Origin: Macrostomum lignano
Lineage: Eukaryota
Direction: 5' to 3'
DNA: 64,000 nucleotides
NCBI GenBank assembly: GCA_002269645.1
Contig: NIVC01000045.1
Span: 62,001 to 126,000 of the forward strand
Both the position numbers and the translations under genes were made by a program. Below the pieces are notes generated by a model that ran no database searches, was not told the DNA's origin, and was given only the letters and a program-made list of their open reading frames with translations. This document shows positions 34,781-46,291 of the stretch, one piece after another (the first letter of the stretch is position 1; every line of letters begins with the position of its first letter).

Positions 34781-36547
34781 CCAGATAAATTTGCTGCTTC
34801 AATGCAGACTCCAATTGCCGACCATCTGCTTAGCCTATGCCTGTTATTGCTTGTCTACAGTAATTCAGTAATTCTTGTAGCTTGTAGCTTCTCTTCTAAT
34901 CCCGCAAAACAGAATGCAGTCATACTATTAACAGCCTGCAGATATCCACTTTGTCGTCTACAACTTTCATTAACATCAGCAAACTACAATAATTCACTCA
35001 GCAGAATACAGTTATCCCCTCAATAAACTTGCAATTAATCATTCACAGTTATTATCCACTAAAACTCTGTAGATAGTTATCCCATCGGCAGTTTGCAGCT
35101 ATACACTTATAAGTCTGGAGGAACTACCTCAGCAGTTTTTCGTTTTTCAACTTTGCAATCTTTTGCACAACACAGCTTTTAGCAATACTTTCAGCAGTTT
35201 AGCAACATCGTCTGCATTTTAGCGATTTCTTAGACCTTAGGCAATAACAATTATTGATGGGATAACTGATAGTCGAAGCTAATTATTACTAATTAATAAA
35301 AAATAGTTGCTTTTAATCAAAAAATGTTCGATTAGTCCAGGCACAAGCTAAAAATAAATGAAAATTAATTTAATATATTTTTATCTCCCACGTGCATACT
35401 CTGAAGCTTGTGAATATTTAATTATTTATAGCTCGCAGCATCAGCTCAAGAAGTTAAAGTTTAGTCTATGGCCATAGACGTATTATTATTTTTCGAGCTC
35501 TCACGGCGGGCGGGCACTCCTCACTCCTGTCCTTATCTGTGCTTCTCTCTTCCTCCCGGCCTGTCCTTGGCCTTGTGTGTGTTTTTACGGCCTTGTTTTC
35601 CTTCTCTCTGTCTGGCTGCCTCGAGCCTCCTTGCCTCACGCCACGACTGACGCCAACTTCGCCACTGCTCATCTGCCTACTACGTCTCACTGCCTCTTCT
35701 GTACTCATTGCCATTGATCATCACGTTACGTCGCCATTACATCACTCGTCTGTCGCTTGAACTCACATCCAATTTATCTTAAAAGAAACCATTGTTGCAG
35801 CCGCCAGTGCCCAGAAAGCCATAGTTTGTTATTTGCCAGTGACAACCAACTTACTATTTATATTGATAATAAAAACCGACTACGGCAGTTTCCTGCCCTT
35901 ATTGCCAAGTGCTCCGCTACACCAACCACTTCGCATAAGTTGACTTCAACTTATTTTGGGACTAAAACGGCCCTTTTAAGGGTCACGGCCAACATCAAAT
36001 AACGTGACAAGGTAACAGGAAGCTATGAGACATGGATAGTCGTGAAGTTCTGCGGGAAAAATTGATTGCCGTTATGAAAAACAAAATCCCTAAAAGGTAA
36101 ATTAATTGTACACACCGACGTCAATGTGCTCAAGTTATCAAGTACTTGCACTCTATAGTTTCAACTAAACAGCATCATTAGCCGTTACTTGATTGATGCC
36201 TGAAATTGGGAAATTAGGAAATCGTTTGCGTCTGGTTTGCTACATGAAACGAATCGAATCGCCTCGCCTCAAATACCATTGATTTTTTTTCAATCTCAAT
36301 TTAGCAAAATTGAAAGTGCTAAACTTCTTAACCATACAGAAGGCGCTCTCCCATTCAAATTAAAATAAAATCCTTTCCGCTGACAATTGCATATTGAAAT
36401 AGTTTTAATTGTTGTCTCAGCTTTCTGTCGGATCTGCGTACGAGTATTCTAAGATTAAACAATGAGCGGCAAGTCCGACTGTGTTTTCCTGCGGTGTTAA
36501 ACCTTCTCTTGAGATGGTATATTTTCAATCTAAATCACTGATGGAGT

Positions 36548-37990
36548 TCACGTAAATACAAAGGATGTAAGCTTTTGGATGTAAGGATGTAATACCGGAC
36601 GAACGGTATTCGCCTTTCCGGTAATGTACATGAGTGTAAACTGATAATCCTGTAGATATAGAATCCATTTTTGTAATCGCCGGGACAGTGGTTGTTTGTC
36701 AGCGAAAAGCGATTGCAGTGGCTGGTGATCTGAGTAGATGGTGAACGGCTGGTAAGAGGCATACAAGAAGACATGGAGTTTCTTGATCGCCCAATAGATC
36801 GCATAGGCTTCTCGTTCGATTGCCGGGTATCGTTGTTCAGTGGCCGATTGTGTCTTCGAGATGTAGGCCACAGGCTGTTGGTGTCCTTCGGAATCTGCTT
36901 GGGAGAGTACGGTGCCGATAGCCGGATCCGAGGCGTCGGTGTGGAGGACATACGGCTTGTAAGGGTCCGGGGTGGACTAGTCGGATGTCGGTGGTAAGTA
37001 TATTTTTGAGCACATCGAATGCTGACTACTGTTCCTTGTTCCAGATTATCTTTTACGTCTTGGATGCGTTGCGCAGGGCGTTGAGTAGTGGTGCGACTAT
37101 TGTGGAGTATCCCTTGATGTGCGTTCGATAGAAGTTCGCCATTCCTAGAAAATATTGTAGTTGTATCACTGTCGCTGGGATCGGAAATTTGTTGATTTTC
37201 TCAACCAGGGATGGTGCTGGTCTGATGCTGTCTTCAGAGACTTGAAAACCAAGAACTTCCGGTTTCGCAAAGACACATTTTCGAAGTGAAATTCTAAGTC
37301 CATGTTGCCTCAGTTTGTGTAAAAAGTGTTCGAGTTCAACCATCATGTCGTTGAAATCTCCAGAGATGAGCAGTATGTCATCTAGATATGCGATTAGGTT
37401 CGGTGAGTCCGCAGTTAGTAGCGAGACGAGACGACATATGATGCTGGGGCTTGATTTGAGGCCTTGCGGAAGTCTATTGAATTGCCAAAGAAGTCCGTTT
37501 GGCGCAATGAAGGCTGTATACTTTGAGCTCTGTGGATCTAGTTGAACTTTGTAGAAAGCGTCAGCGAGGTCACAGAGAGAAAACAGTTTAGCGCTTCTCA
37601 GCCGGTGTAGTAGATCAGGTATTTTCGGAGGTCGTATGCTTGGCGTGCTAATGATCTTGTTCAATCTGCGGAAGTCGGCAAGTTGGCGGAGTTGTCGTCG
37701 GCCTTGTTCACCGAGTGTTTTCTTTTCGACCAGTAGACATGGGCTGGAGTATTCGGATTCACTCGGGCTGAGGATGCCTTTCCGGACGAAGTTGCTTATT
37801 AGCTCGTCAAAGCGCTCCTGTAGGCCATGTGCGATTGGAAATGGCCGTGACGTGATTGGGTCGGAATGCTGGTGGACACTAATTTTGGCCGTGTATTGTG
37901 TCGTGCAGCCCATATCGGTTGGCAGGAGGGCCAGTGTGTCATGAAATCGGGATAGAATTTCAACCCCTTGTTTCCGTTGGTCCGGTGATA
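36548..37990 (-). pseudogene. pol: Reverse transcriptase-RNase H (frameshifted)
   Basis: ORF 37053-37913 (SPCLLVEKK, LADFRRLNK, DLADAFYKV, RLPQGLKSSP, YLDD, FLGMANFYR) and ORF 36548-36871 (RH). Confidence 0.9.
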
Positions 37991-38226
37991 AGTGTTGATT
38001 CTTCTTAATCTAGTTGGTCTTTGATCAAGTCTTCGTCGCTTTTTGTCATATCAGGTTTGACATCCAAGGCGTTGATTTCTGTTATGGCTGGCGCTGAGGC
38101 TAGCGTATAGTCTGCTGGGTCTGACAGTGCGCCGAGATGAGTTCTGGCATATAGCGTTACGGGTTGAAGTGTCGGATTCGAAATCTGAAGCAGTATGGAG
38201 CGTCCGGTTTTGTCAGTCTAGCATAA

Positions 38227-38835
38227 TTATGCTGCTAGAAGTAGCTTGTAGCGTTGCATCGTATGGTCCTTTGGTATAAATAGGACTGGCTGGCGGAGTG
38301 CCAGGTGTGGACAGTTCGGCTGACACCCACGTTGTTGTCTGTGCTGGGATGTGGGTGGCTTTCGGAAGTTGGACGTTGACTGTGTTCGTTGGAACAGCCA
38401 TCGTACTGAGCATCGGAAATGTCGTACCATCGATTTGGGCTTGAAGGTCTGGAAGGTCTCTACCCCAAGGATGAGATCATATTCTTTGGACATGTTGTCC
38501 AGAACGAAGGCAGACAGAAATCTTGTGTTCCTTTGAGCCAATCAGTATGCAGAAACTGGCTTGTTTCTTAATGTGGATCAGTGGATCAGTTGTCCGCCTG
38601 CACATTGCACGTGAAGTGAGTGTGGTGTGATCTTGGCGTTCAGTTTCTGTGCAAAAGTCGGTGAGATGCAACTGATTGAGGCGCCGCTGTCGATGAGAGC
38701 CGTGCATTTGTGTCTTGTCGCTGGAGGCATAGTGCACCATAGTGTTATCAACGTGCGCGTGGTGAGATGTTTGAGGACGGTGTTGTATGCGATTGGCCAT
38801 GGAGGAACCGGTGGTTTAGGCGCAGGTATTGGTTT
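38227..38835 (-). pseudogene. pro: Retroviral-type aspartic protease, in frame with env after TGA
   Basis: Continuing the env frame past TGA (38836-38) gives KPIPAPKPPVPPW...CTALIDSGASISCISPTFAQKL. An 8-nt (tgatccac) and a 4-nt (tctg) duplication interrupt the frame, then SAFVLDNMSKEYDLILG follows in the same frame. Confidence 0.8.
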
Positions 38836-40500
38836 TCACACCGTCGTAGGAGCTACGGATGTTGGTTCGGTCTGTTGTGCCCGTCGTGGTGGTGAGGAGT
38901 TTATTAGTACCATTGGTACTTGGTTTGGAGCTCGAGTGGGTGAGGATGCATGGCGCCGTCTGCTCCTTGGGCTATCTGTTGTTCGGAGGACCATCAGACG
39001 GTGTGTACGTCCGTATCGTACCGTGTTCGCGACGCAGAAGCGACCAATATTGCAGATGAAGATTAGTAGTGCGGCATACACGATGACCGCGGAGCTGAAC
39101 AGGAAACGTTCCATGTGGTTGTCGCGGAATCGTTCCCAATTAAAGATAGAGGTGCTCCAGAGATTCTTAAATGCTTGTGTGGCGTCCAGTCTGAAGTTTG
39201 AGGCGTCGGATAGCAGTTCTTGGCGAGTTTTGTTGTTGTTCATCTTGAAGACAGTAACTAGGAAATCTCTTGTTTGCATGAATTGTTCCATCATGTCTGT
39301 GACGGTGACCGGACTTCGCAGAGTGCTGTAGTTGACATCGCCAATGGGTGTGAAAATGCTCTGTCTCAGGTCGTTATAGAGTGATTGTAAAAGGTACGTT
39401 TCGTCCGTGACCTGATGTGAGTCTAGTTCGCGAATGTCACTGAAATTAGTCGTTGCTTTGAAGATAAAGGTGTCTTTGGTAGATAGTATCCATCTTGATA
39501 TTCGCACGGTATTAGTGGTGGTTTCGCGGTTGAGACGATGAGCGTGGTGGTATCCAGATAAGCTAGTACGCTCCTGTTCTGCAGCAGCTAAGAGTGCTGC
39601 AGTGCTGCAGCAGCTAAGAGTGTGCTGAAACGGTGTAACTGCAAATGTTAAAGCTAGTGTTTGGTCGTCGTTGATGAAAAAGTTGGAGTGCTGTAGTCCA
39701 TTCAGCGCACGAAACGGTATGAGTGAACAATCTGATTGTGGTGGTACGCTCCAAGACAGCGTTAGTTGTCGCTCGCCTGCTGCGTGAAGAGTGGCGACGG
39801 CCGGTGGAGTTAGTTGTGTCCACGCCGCTGTCAGAAGCTGATGTGGTAGATTAAAGCGCATCATCTGTTCCACAGTTGTCGGGATGATGCAACCTTTTGT
39901 TGAATAAACACAATGTTTGATTGGAAACGCCAGTGATTCCATCGGATCTGTTGGACTAGCAAAAGCAGCGATGTAAGTAATCAAGGTGGATGCCGTTATC
40001 GTTTGAGTACGGGAGGCAAGGCAGTTCTCCAGCAAAGATGTCTGTATGGCTGACCGGAATAGTTATTGGCCAGAAACTGTTGCTGCGATTTGTAGTTGGC
40101 CATCAGGTGAATTTCTGGACTCGACCCATTGTTGACAAGCGAGTGGCGTTATCGATTTCGATTTCACAGCTATTTGGGCTTCGCGAAAAGTGCGTAAGTG
40201 TGAGCCAAGACGATTGCAGTTGATTGGTATTTCTTCCAGATAACAAATGTTCATCATTATCCGGGTCTTCGCTAGGTTCGAGGTGTAGAGCCGTAGACGC
40301 ACTGGGATGGCTCTTGCTTCTTGTGGGTTGAAGGACTCGCACCGTATTTCGGTAGGGATCTTGAAAATTCGAACTGGGTCGTTGAGTGGGCAGACCATTG
40401 GTGTGTCGACGAATGTCGGGGTGATCGAGTGGTGCCGTTGCGTTACGTGTTTCGACACTTCCAATCAGAGTGGTGATCAGCAAACCAAGGAGTAGTACGC
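38836..40500 (-). pseudogene. env: Envelope-like type I membrane glycoprotein (class III fusogen-like), with one frameshift and one nonsense codon
   Basis: Signal peptide VLLLGLLITTLIGSVET and an NAT sequon (gag frame); frameshift ~40420 into a Cys-rich ectodomain (MVCP..C..ICY..NC..LACQQW..NC..HCVYSTKGC..LSW..DC..LTF..CC); TAA at 40063-65; RLNR; TM FLFSSAVIVYAALLIFICNI; basic tail. Confidence 0.7.
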
Positions 40501-41960
40501 CTGGTTGACCGCGAGTGTTTAGATGAGTCGTCTTGCAGGCCGGTTGTCTCAGAGGACGCTGAATTGTGGGCGCGCAGTCCGGGCATTCGGGAGTCCAGGA
40601 GACGACCTGGATGCCCATGACTTCGGTCTTGGTGCTCTGCTGCCGGAGCTTAAGGGTACGCAGAAGGTTGTACTGCGGTCCAGTCCCAGTGCAGTAGTAT
40701 GGTTCACTAGTTGCTGGAGTAGACACATTGACTTCCGGTTTTGATTCCATGGCCTTGTCGGCACCCGTCGGCTGCGGTTGTTCAGTGCTGGAGGGTGCGC
40801 CTGTCGTCACGACCTGTAGGGCGTTTAGCGAGGCGGCTGGGGCTCGCGGTGACGGCGATCGTGAGTGGCTTCCGTTTGGTCGGTTTGGGCCATAGGAATT
40901 TCTGTTGGAGAAGCGGCCCTGTCGTCTGTCTGAGTGTTGATATTTGATTGCGCGGCATTCTCTGGTATTGTGAGATGTTGTGCGATGGAATTTGCAGTAC
41001 TTTTTCCCAATACCACAAGTGGAAGGTGATTGTGAGCGCTGGCGTTGAGGGTTTGGGTCAAATCTCCTTTGACGACAGTCTCTGGCGATGTGGCCGACCT
41101 TGTTGCAGTTGTAACATTCGCGACTGGAAGGTCGTCTAGGTGGTTGAGGCATAGGCGTCTGGACAGCGGCAAGTGTGGGTTTTGTAGTCTGGTTCCCGGA
41201 TTCTAGGGCGGCTAGCCGTTTTGTGAGCTCGGCCATTTCGGTGGAGGCTGTGGCTTGAGTATTGTCTGCAATTTTTTCTGCTCGGATGGCCTGACTCAGT
41301 AATTCTTGTTCCGTTTGGATTGGGATGCGCATCAGTTCTCGGCGAATGTAGGGTAGCGTCCCGTTTAGAATGTTGGCAATCAGTGTCGTTGTGAAGTCAT
41401 TGCCCCGTTGGCAGATTACAGCCTGGTTGGGGGGTTCGTTAAGACCGTCGGGAATTGGTTCCGGTGCGATGGCGGGATAGACCGTGGGTAGTTTTTTGCA
41501 GACGTCGCTGAAGTATTGAGTGAACGATTCGCCGGGCTGCTGTCTTCGACTTGCAATTTGTTGCAGAAGTGAGGTGGATCCGTTTGTCAGGTCTCGAAAG
41601 CGGGCACGCATGTGCTCAAGCATGCCCGTGTAGGTACCTTGTTGCGCGGGCGTTAAATTGGAGAATTCGATTTTGAGCAAATCGTTTAAGAATCGCGGGA
41701 AAATTCGAAGCTTAGTATAATCATCCAAATTGAAAGTGCGGGTGGCCAGATCAAACTCCATGACAAACGTCGCGAAGCCGTGCAGTTTATCGATATCCTT
41801 CAGGGCTTCGCGGATTTCGTTGATCGTCGATGATGATTACTGAAGGCGTTGGTCTTTGGGCTGGCTGCGCGGGACCAAGCTGTTGTAGTAGTTGCTGTTG
41901 CTGCAGCTGTTGTTGCTGTGTAAGGTTTTGGATGAGCTCTTGCAGCTGGTTGGCGTCCAT
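40480..41960 (-). pseudogene. gag: gag (frameshift near 41820)
   Basis: MDANQLQELIQNLTQQQQ... then INEIREALKDIDKLHG leading into ORF 40103-41761, with CYNCNKVGHIARDC and CKFHRTTSHNTREC zinc knuckles. Confidence 0.8.
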
Positions 41961-42864
41961 GATGATTTCCGGTACAAGCAGATAGGCTGGTGGTGAATAA
42001 CCAGAGGGCCAAGCAGTTGGGGAAGTAGTTACGTCGGGAGTAGAGCCGGAAAGTCATCGGGTACTCGAGGTTGTTCTGTCAAGTGCTTGGTCTGTGTCAG
42101 CGGCTGGCGCTGGGTTTCGTTGCAACTTTCGCGATTTAGTTGTAGGGGATTGTGATGCTGCTGGTCGACCAGAGCGTAAGAGCATGCAGGATCCTGCTAT
42201 CAAAAGAAGAGATTCTGGTTTGTAATAAGAGTGTAGTGAAGATGAGAAATAATTGAATTAAGCAATATTTTGAGACTACACGAGCATTATAGAATATGGG
42301 TCGTGTTTAACTGGACTATCCCTTTGGTCATCATTTTGTAATATCGGTATGACTTGTAATGAGAATTTTGATATGTATGTACACGAGTGACTACTGTTTA
42401 AGTAGTATCAGACGATAATCAAACAGAATATGTGTGTATCAGCGTATTGATCAAAATTGTAGGCTGTAGAGCCTGTAGACTTCTTTGTAAACGAATACGA
42501 GCATCTATTGCAAAATAGGCTATACAACAGGGCCACAGACTACGGTATGGGCTTGCTAGGAAACGGTACGACGGGTGCCACAGGTGCGTTTGTGGGCTTA
42601 TTGCGAGACGATATAGCGGGTGCCACAGGTGCGTTTGTGAGCTTATTACGTGAGTTCGGTACACGAACTGTGATGCATAATGAGTTGCCAGCCAGGAATG
42701 AATGTCGCGACAGGGCGACCGTCGCAGCTTGTGCGACCTTTTAACAGGAATCGCCGATTTGCGATCTCCGACCAGCTCTTCGGGCAAAGCTTGTGTGGCC
42801 GGGTTAACGACTGAGTGCCACTACCAAATTAGTGGCACGTATTGGGGTCGTAATTCGAATTACC

Positions 42865-44446
42865 GAATTACGACCCCAAGAAACCCGTGGCTCTGGAGTG
42901 TGATGCTTCCCAAAAAGGACTGGGCGGAGTTCTGATTCAATACAACAGACCGGTTTTTTTCATCAGCAAGAGGTTATCAGAAGTCGAGAAAGAGTATTCT
43001 CAGATCGAAAGGGAGGCCCTTGCAATTGTCTGGTCAACTCAGAGGTGTCAGCGATTTTTAGCGGGACGTCATTTCAAGCTGATCACGGATCACAGACCAT
43101 TAACCTACATCTTTGGGCCGAACGAGGGCCTGCCTACGCGCGTATCAGCATGCCTTCAAAGATGGGCGATATCGCTAATGGCTAATGGTCGCTAATGGCA
43201 TATGGGTATACGCTCGTACAATCGGGAGCATCCAACTACCCTCAACGATCATATCCATTCAAGGGGTTAGAGACCAATCACAGGATTGCCCAGAGATCGT
43301 TCTGTTAAAAGAAGCCATCTGGACGAGCAACTTTAACGACCCGAGAATCCGCCCCTACAAGGCAGTCGCGGACGAACTGACGATCGAGTTGGACGTGGTA
43401 CTCCGAGAGATGCGAGTCATTCTTCCAAAGACGTTGCGGTTATCACATCACACAGCACACATCTAGGCATTGACCGAACCAAGTCACAGTTTTGGTGGCC
43501 CGGCTTGGATCGAGACGTAAAACGACTCATCGAAAATTGCAAGACGTGCAAAATGGTCAAGGCTGACAATCGAAACTACCTAAAATCTTGGCCGACAGCA
43601 ATGGACGCTGGAGAGCGCGTACATGCGGATTTTGCGGGTCCAATAGATGGCCAATATTTGTTGGTGCTGGTGGACGCCATGTCGACCTACCCTGAGGTGC
43701 ATCTGACCGCCAACATGGAGTCATCTACAGTCATCTCTAGGCTATGGAGAACTTTTTCGCAGTGGGGTGTGCCAAGGACACTTGTCACCGACAACGGCCC
43801 AAGCTTCGTCTCAGCTGAAACAACACAGTGGCTGAAAGCAATCGGGTGCAGCCATCTGACCACACCTCCATATCACCCTCAGAGCAACGGAGTCGCTGAG
43901 AGATTTGTTCGCACAGTGAAAGAATCTGTGTCAGCGTTGGGTCTGAGTCAACACAACATTGACAAGTTCCTACTGTTCTACCGATCATCCAAAGGAAATA
44001 ATGGTCGCACACCGTCGGAGAAGTTTCTAGGTCGAAACATCCGGACTCCTTTGATGACAGAGTTTTCTGGAGATGACGATGTGGTGTACAGGACACAAGG
44101 AGCTACGTCACTAGCCAGAATCGTCCTGCCTACACGCCGCAACACGGCAATCATCAAGCTTGAAAACGGCTTGTACAAGAAGGCTCACAGAGACCAGATA
44201 CGGAGCTTCAAGGGCAGCGATGACAAGGACATTGGCCCGGAACAAGCTACCACTGGTGCTGCTGGTGAGGTCGATCACCCTCCAGCTATGCGCCCTGGAG
44301 AAGAGGAGCAGGAGCAGCAGCAGCAGCAACCTAGAAGAAGTGAAAGACTGATGAACAGACCGACTGTGAATTATAAGGAGTTAACTGTAATTTTGAAGCA
44401 AGGAGGTGCTGCGGTCTGGCTTCTGCCCGAGCAGATTGAACTTTAA
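42865..44446 (+). mobile_element. pol: Gypsy pol fragment (RNase H + integrase, K02A2.6-like), 5'-truncated and frameshifted
   Basis: NYDPKKPVALECDAS, EREALAIVWS, TDHRPL; integrase HADFAGP, VDAMS, LVTDNGPSF, PPYHPQSNGVAERFVRTVK; tail RRSERL..RP..Y; purine tract aagcaaggagg followed by TG at ~44407. Confidence 0.88.
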
Positions 44447-44572
44447 TTTTTAATTGCCATAGACGAGTTTATTTGCCTGTACTGCGATTTTTGGCGCAAG
44501 TGTCAAAGAACCTTCGTAACACAAAAGAAATACAAAAGTATTCAAGAAGACTCTAATAAGAGTAACGGCTGC

Positions 44573-44759
44573 CAGTAGCGCAACCAGAAATTTTTTTAGG
44601 GGGGGGGGCGGATTCTGGAAGGTAAAGTCCCGGGAGGGGGGGCGGAGGGGAGGTTCTGTTTTTGGCGAAAATTCGCTTGGTCCCCCCTTCGATTTTTTTG
44701 GGTCTCCGCCTAAGGGGGGGGGCGACCGCCCCCCCCGCCCCCCCCTGGTTGCGCCACTG
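44573..44759. mobile_element. hAT-type MITE with 8-bp TSD
   Basis: TIR cagtagcgcaaccag / ctggttgcgccactg (14/15); perfect TSD acggctgc at 44565-72 and 44760-67. Confidence 0.88.
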
Positions 44760-44917
44760 ACGGCTGCAAGAGCCGAGAGTGCACGGCACACAACTTGCAT
44801 AAATATAACGCAATACAAAAGACCGACTTGTAACAATTAGGAAGAGGGGAGGGACCCTAGAATTGGATGGCCAGATAGGCTGAAGGGGGAGCGCGGGTAA
44901 CAAAGCGCGGGGGGTCC

Positions 44918-45112
44918 AAGTGGGAAGTTTGATGCTCGAATATCGACCGATGTGGAGAGGATAGGGAGGCTGGGAAGGAATGTCCCGTGCCGACCTGTGT
45001 ACTTCAGCGTGGGAAGTGGGAAGTGGGAAGCTTGATGCACGAATATCGACCGATGTGGAGAGGATTGGGAGGCTGGGAAGGAATGTCCCGTGCCGACCTG
45101 TGTACTTCAGCG
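44918..45112. repeat. ~92-bp direct duplication in a purine-rich, LTR-like segment
   Basis: aagtgggaag...gtacttcagcg at 44918-45009 and 45021-45112 with few mismatches. Confidence 0.8.
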
Positions 45113-45548
45113 GGAGGTACAAGTCAGTATCCGACGAAGACAGACCGGACTGTACTGTTAAAGTAGACGTCTGGGGAAGGATCGATCGAAGGGGGGTTGT
45201 CTAAAGGGCGAGAGCGGCCGGGGACGAGCAGGGGCTGTACTATCCAGACATACCAGAGCTTCTAAATGTCAGCCGTAGCCCCCAAAAGGACGAGGCGGCT
45301 GATGCGTGCCCTCTGCAGCGCGTATCTCTCCGCCATTGCCATGTAGTGTACACAAAAGCCCAATACCGTCGGCCTAATGCACATTAAGCAGTCAAATTTA
45401 GTTCCTTGTTAATCAACTTGCCTAAAATCGATCACCATGTAATCAAACAGGGATAAAAGCATCAATTCGTTCAGTCGATCGCGGTCTATCAAGCACAGAA
45501 GAGCGCGATATACAGATAATCTCGGGATTGAAAATTTGAGTTGTTAAA

Positions 45549-46291
45549 ATGTCCAGCTTCAAAGGAGGAGGTGGCCGGCCTACAGGACCTAGTCAGCAGG
45601 ATCTGCAGGCAGGACCCATGAGAAACCTGCTCGATCAGCAGGTGGTGAGCATGCGGAACGTTAAGCGCCCTCTAGCCAGCTCTGGCTCATCCGGATTAGT
45701 CGCCGGGCTCGTTTCGCACAGCGGCACTGAAGTGGTTACCGCTGACGGAAATCACTTGCTGATTCACAAGGGTGCGCTTTAATCTGTGCAGCTCGATTTT
45801 TTATATTTTCGAAGTTTCAGACGTAACCATTGGACAGTACGGGTACTATCCACCCTTAGGTAGAACGGCTACAGTCCCCCCTAAGCCAGAGGGAAGGCAA
45901 TTACTACTGATTCGAATTCTATGACCCCTAATCAAGCAAAAGGGCAATCACACTAGTTATACCGGTATGGTGAATTGTTTATTTATATTTTTCTGCCACT
46001 TAATGCCAGCCTTCTAGTAACTTCCATTGTAACTTCGATAAAAAAGGAGACAATTTCGGTCGCGAAAAGGGTGGCAACACGGTTGTGACTGACGCCAAGA
46101 ACATGTCGGGTGCCTGGAGGACGACCGGAGGCGCTGGCGGCGGATGGACTGGCACTAAGCCGGGCACTAGGGTGACGGACTTGGTGGAGGCTGGCGGCAA
46201 GGATTACAACCCTCTATGGAGCAACTGCCACAATGCTACCGAAAATGCGGCCAAGTTTTCTGCTGAAAAAAATGACTTTGAAACTTACTGA
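45549..46291 (+). CDS. Small permuted papain-like (NlpC/P60, LRAT/PPPDE-like) protein, ~155 aa, 2 exons
   Basis: Exon 45549-45771 (SHSGTEVVTADGNHLLIHK) plus exon ~46047-46291 (GDNFG...YNPLWSNCHNA). His precedes the Y-x4-NC motif, as in permuted NlpC/P60 enzymes. The acceptor is A-rich, so its position is uncertain. Confidence 0.55.

Larger units (their letters stand above)
36535..42200 (-). mobile_element. Decayed Ty3/Gypsy LTR retroelement with gag-env-pro-RT-RNaseH order; integrase and 3' LTR not present
   Basis: Ordered on the minus strand: Q-rich gag start (ATG 41960), CCHC knuckle, signal peptide + Cys-rich glycoprotein + TM, protease ALIDSGAS (~38700), RT (LADFRRLN, YLDD), RH (HTDAS, EREAYAI, SDHQPL). 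Truncated after GKANTV. Confidence 0.85.

Noticed and set aside
29231-34871. ORFs such as (LGDACY)n, (MLAIWG)n, (QGLLGELLRC)n
   Set aside because: They are translations of 20-30-bp minisatellites, open in several frames with no gene structure.
38627-39331. Antisense 234-aa ORF over env/protease, and other antisense ORFs over Mhc and pol
   Set aside because: They are shadow ORFs of GC-rich coding sequence on the opposite strand with no recognisable motifs.
42190-42205. Degenerate tRNA-iMet PBS (TGATAGCAGGATCC, minus strand) for the env-bearing element
   Set aside because: It is mismatched and not preceded by an LTR-ending CA, and no second LTR is available to confirm it.
44829-45250. Solo LTR starting TGTAAC
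   Set aside because: No matching terminal inverted end or TSD could be identified.
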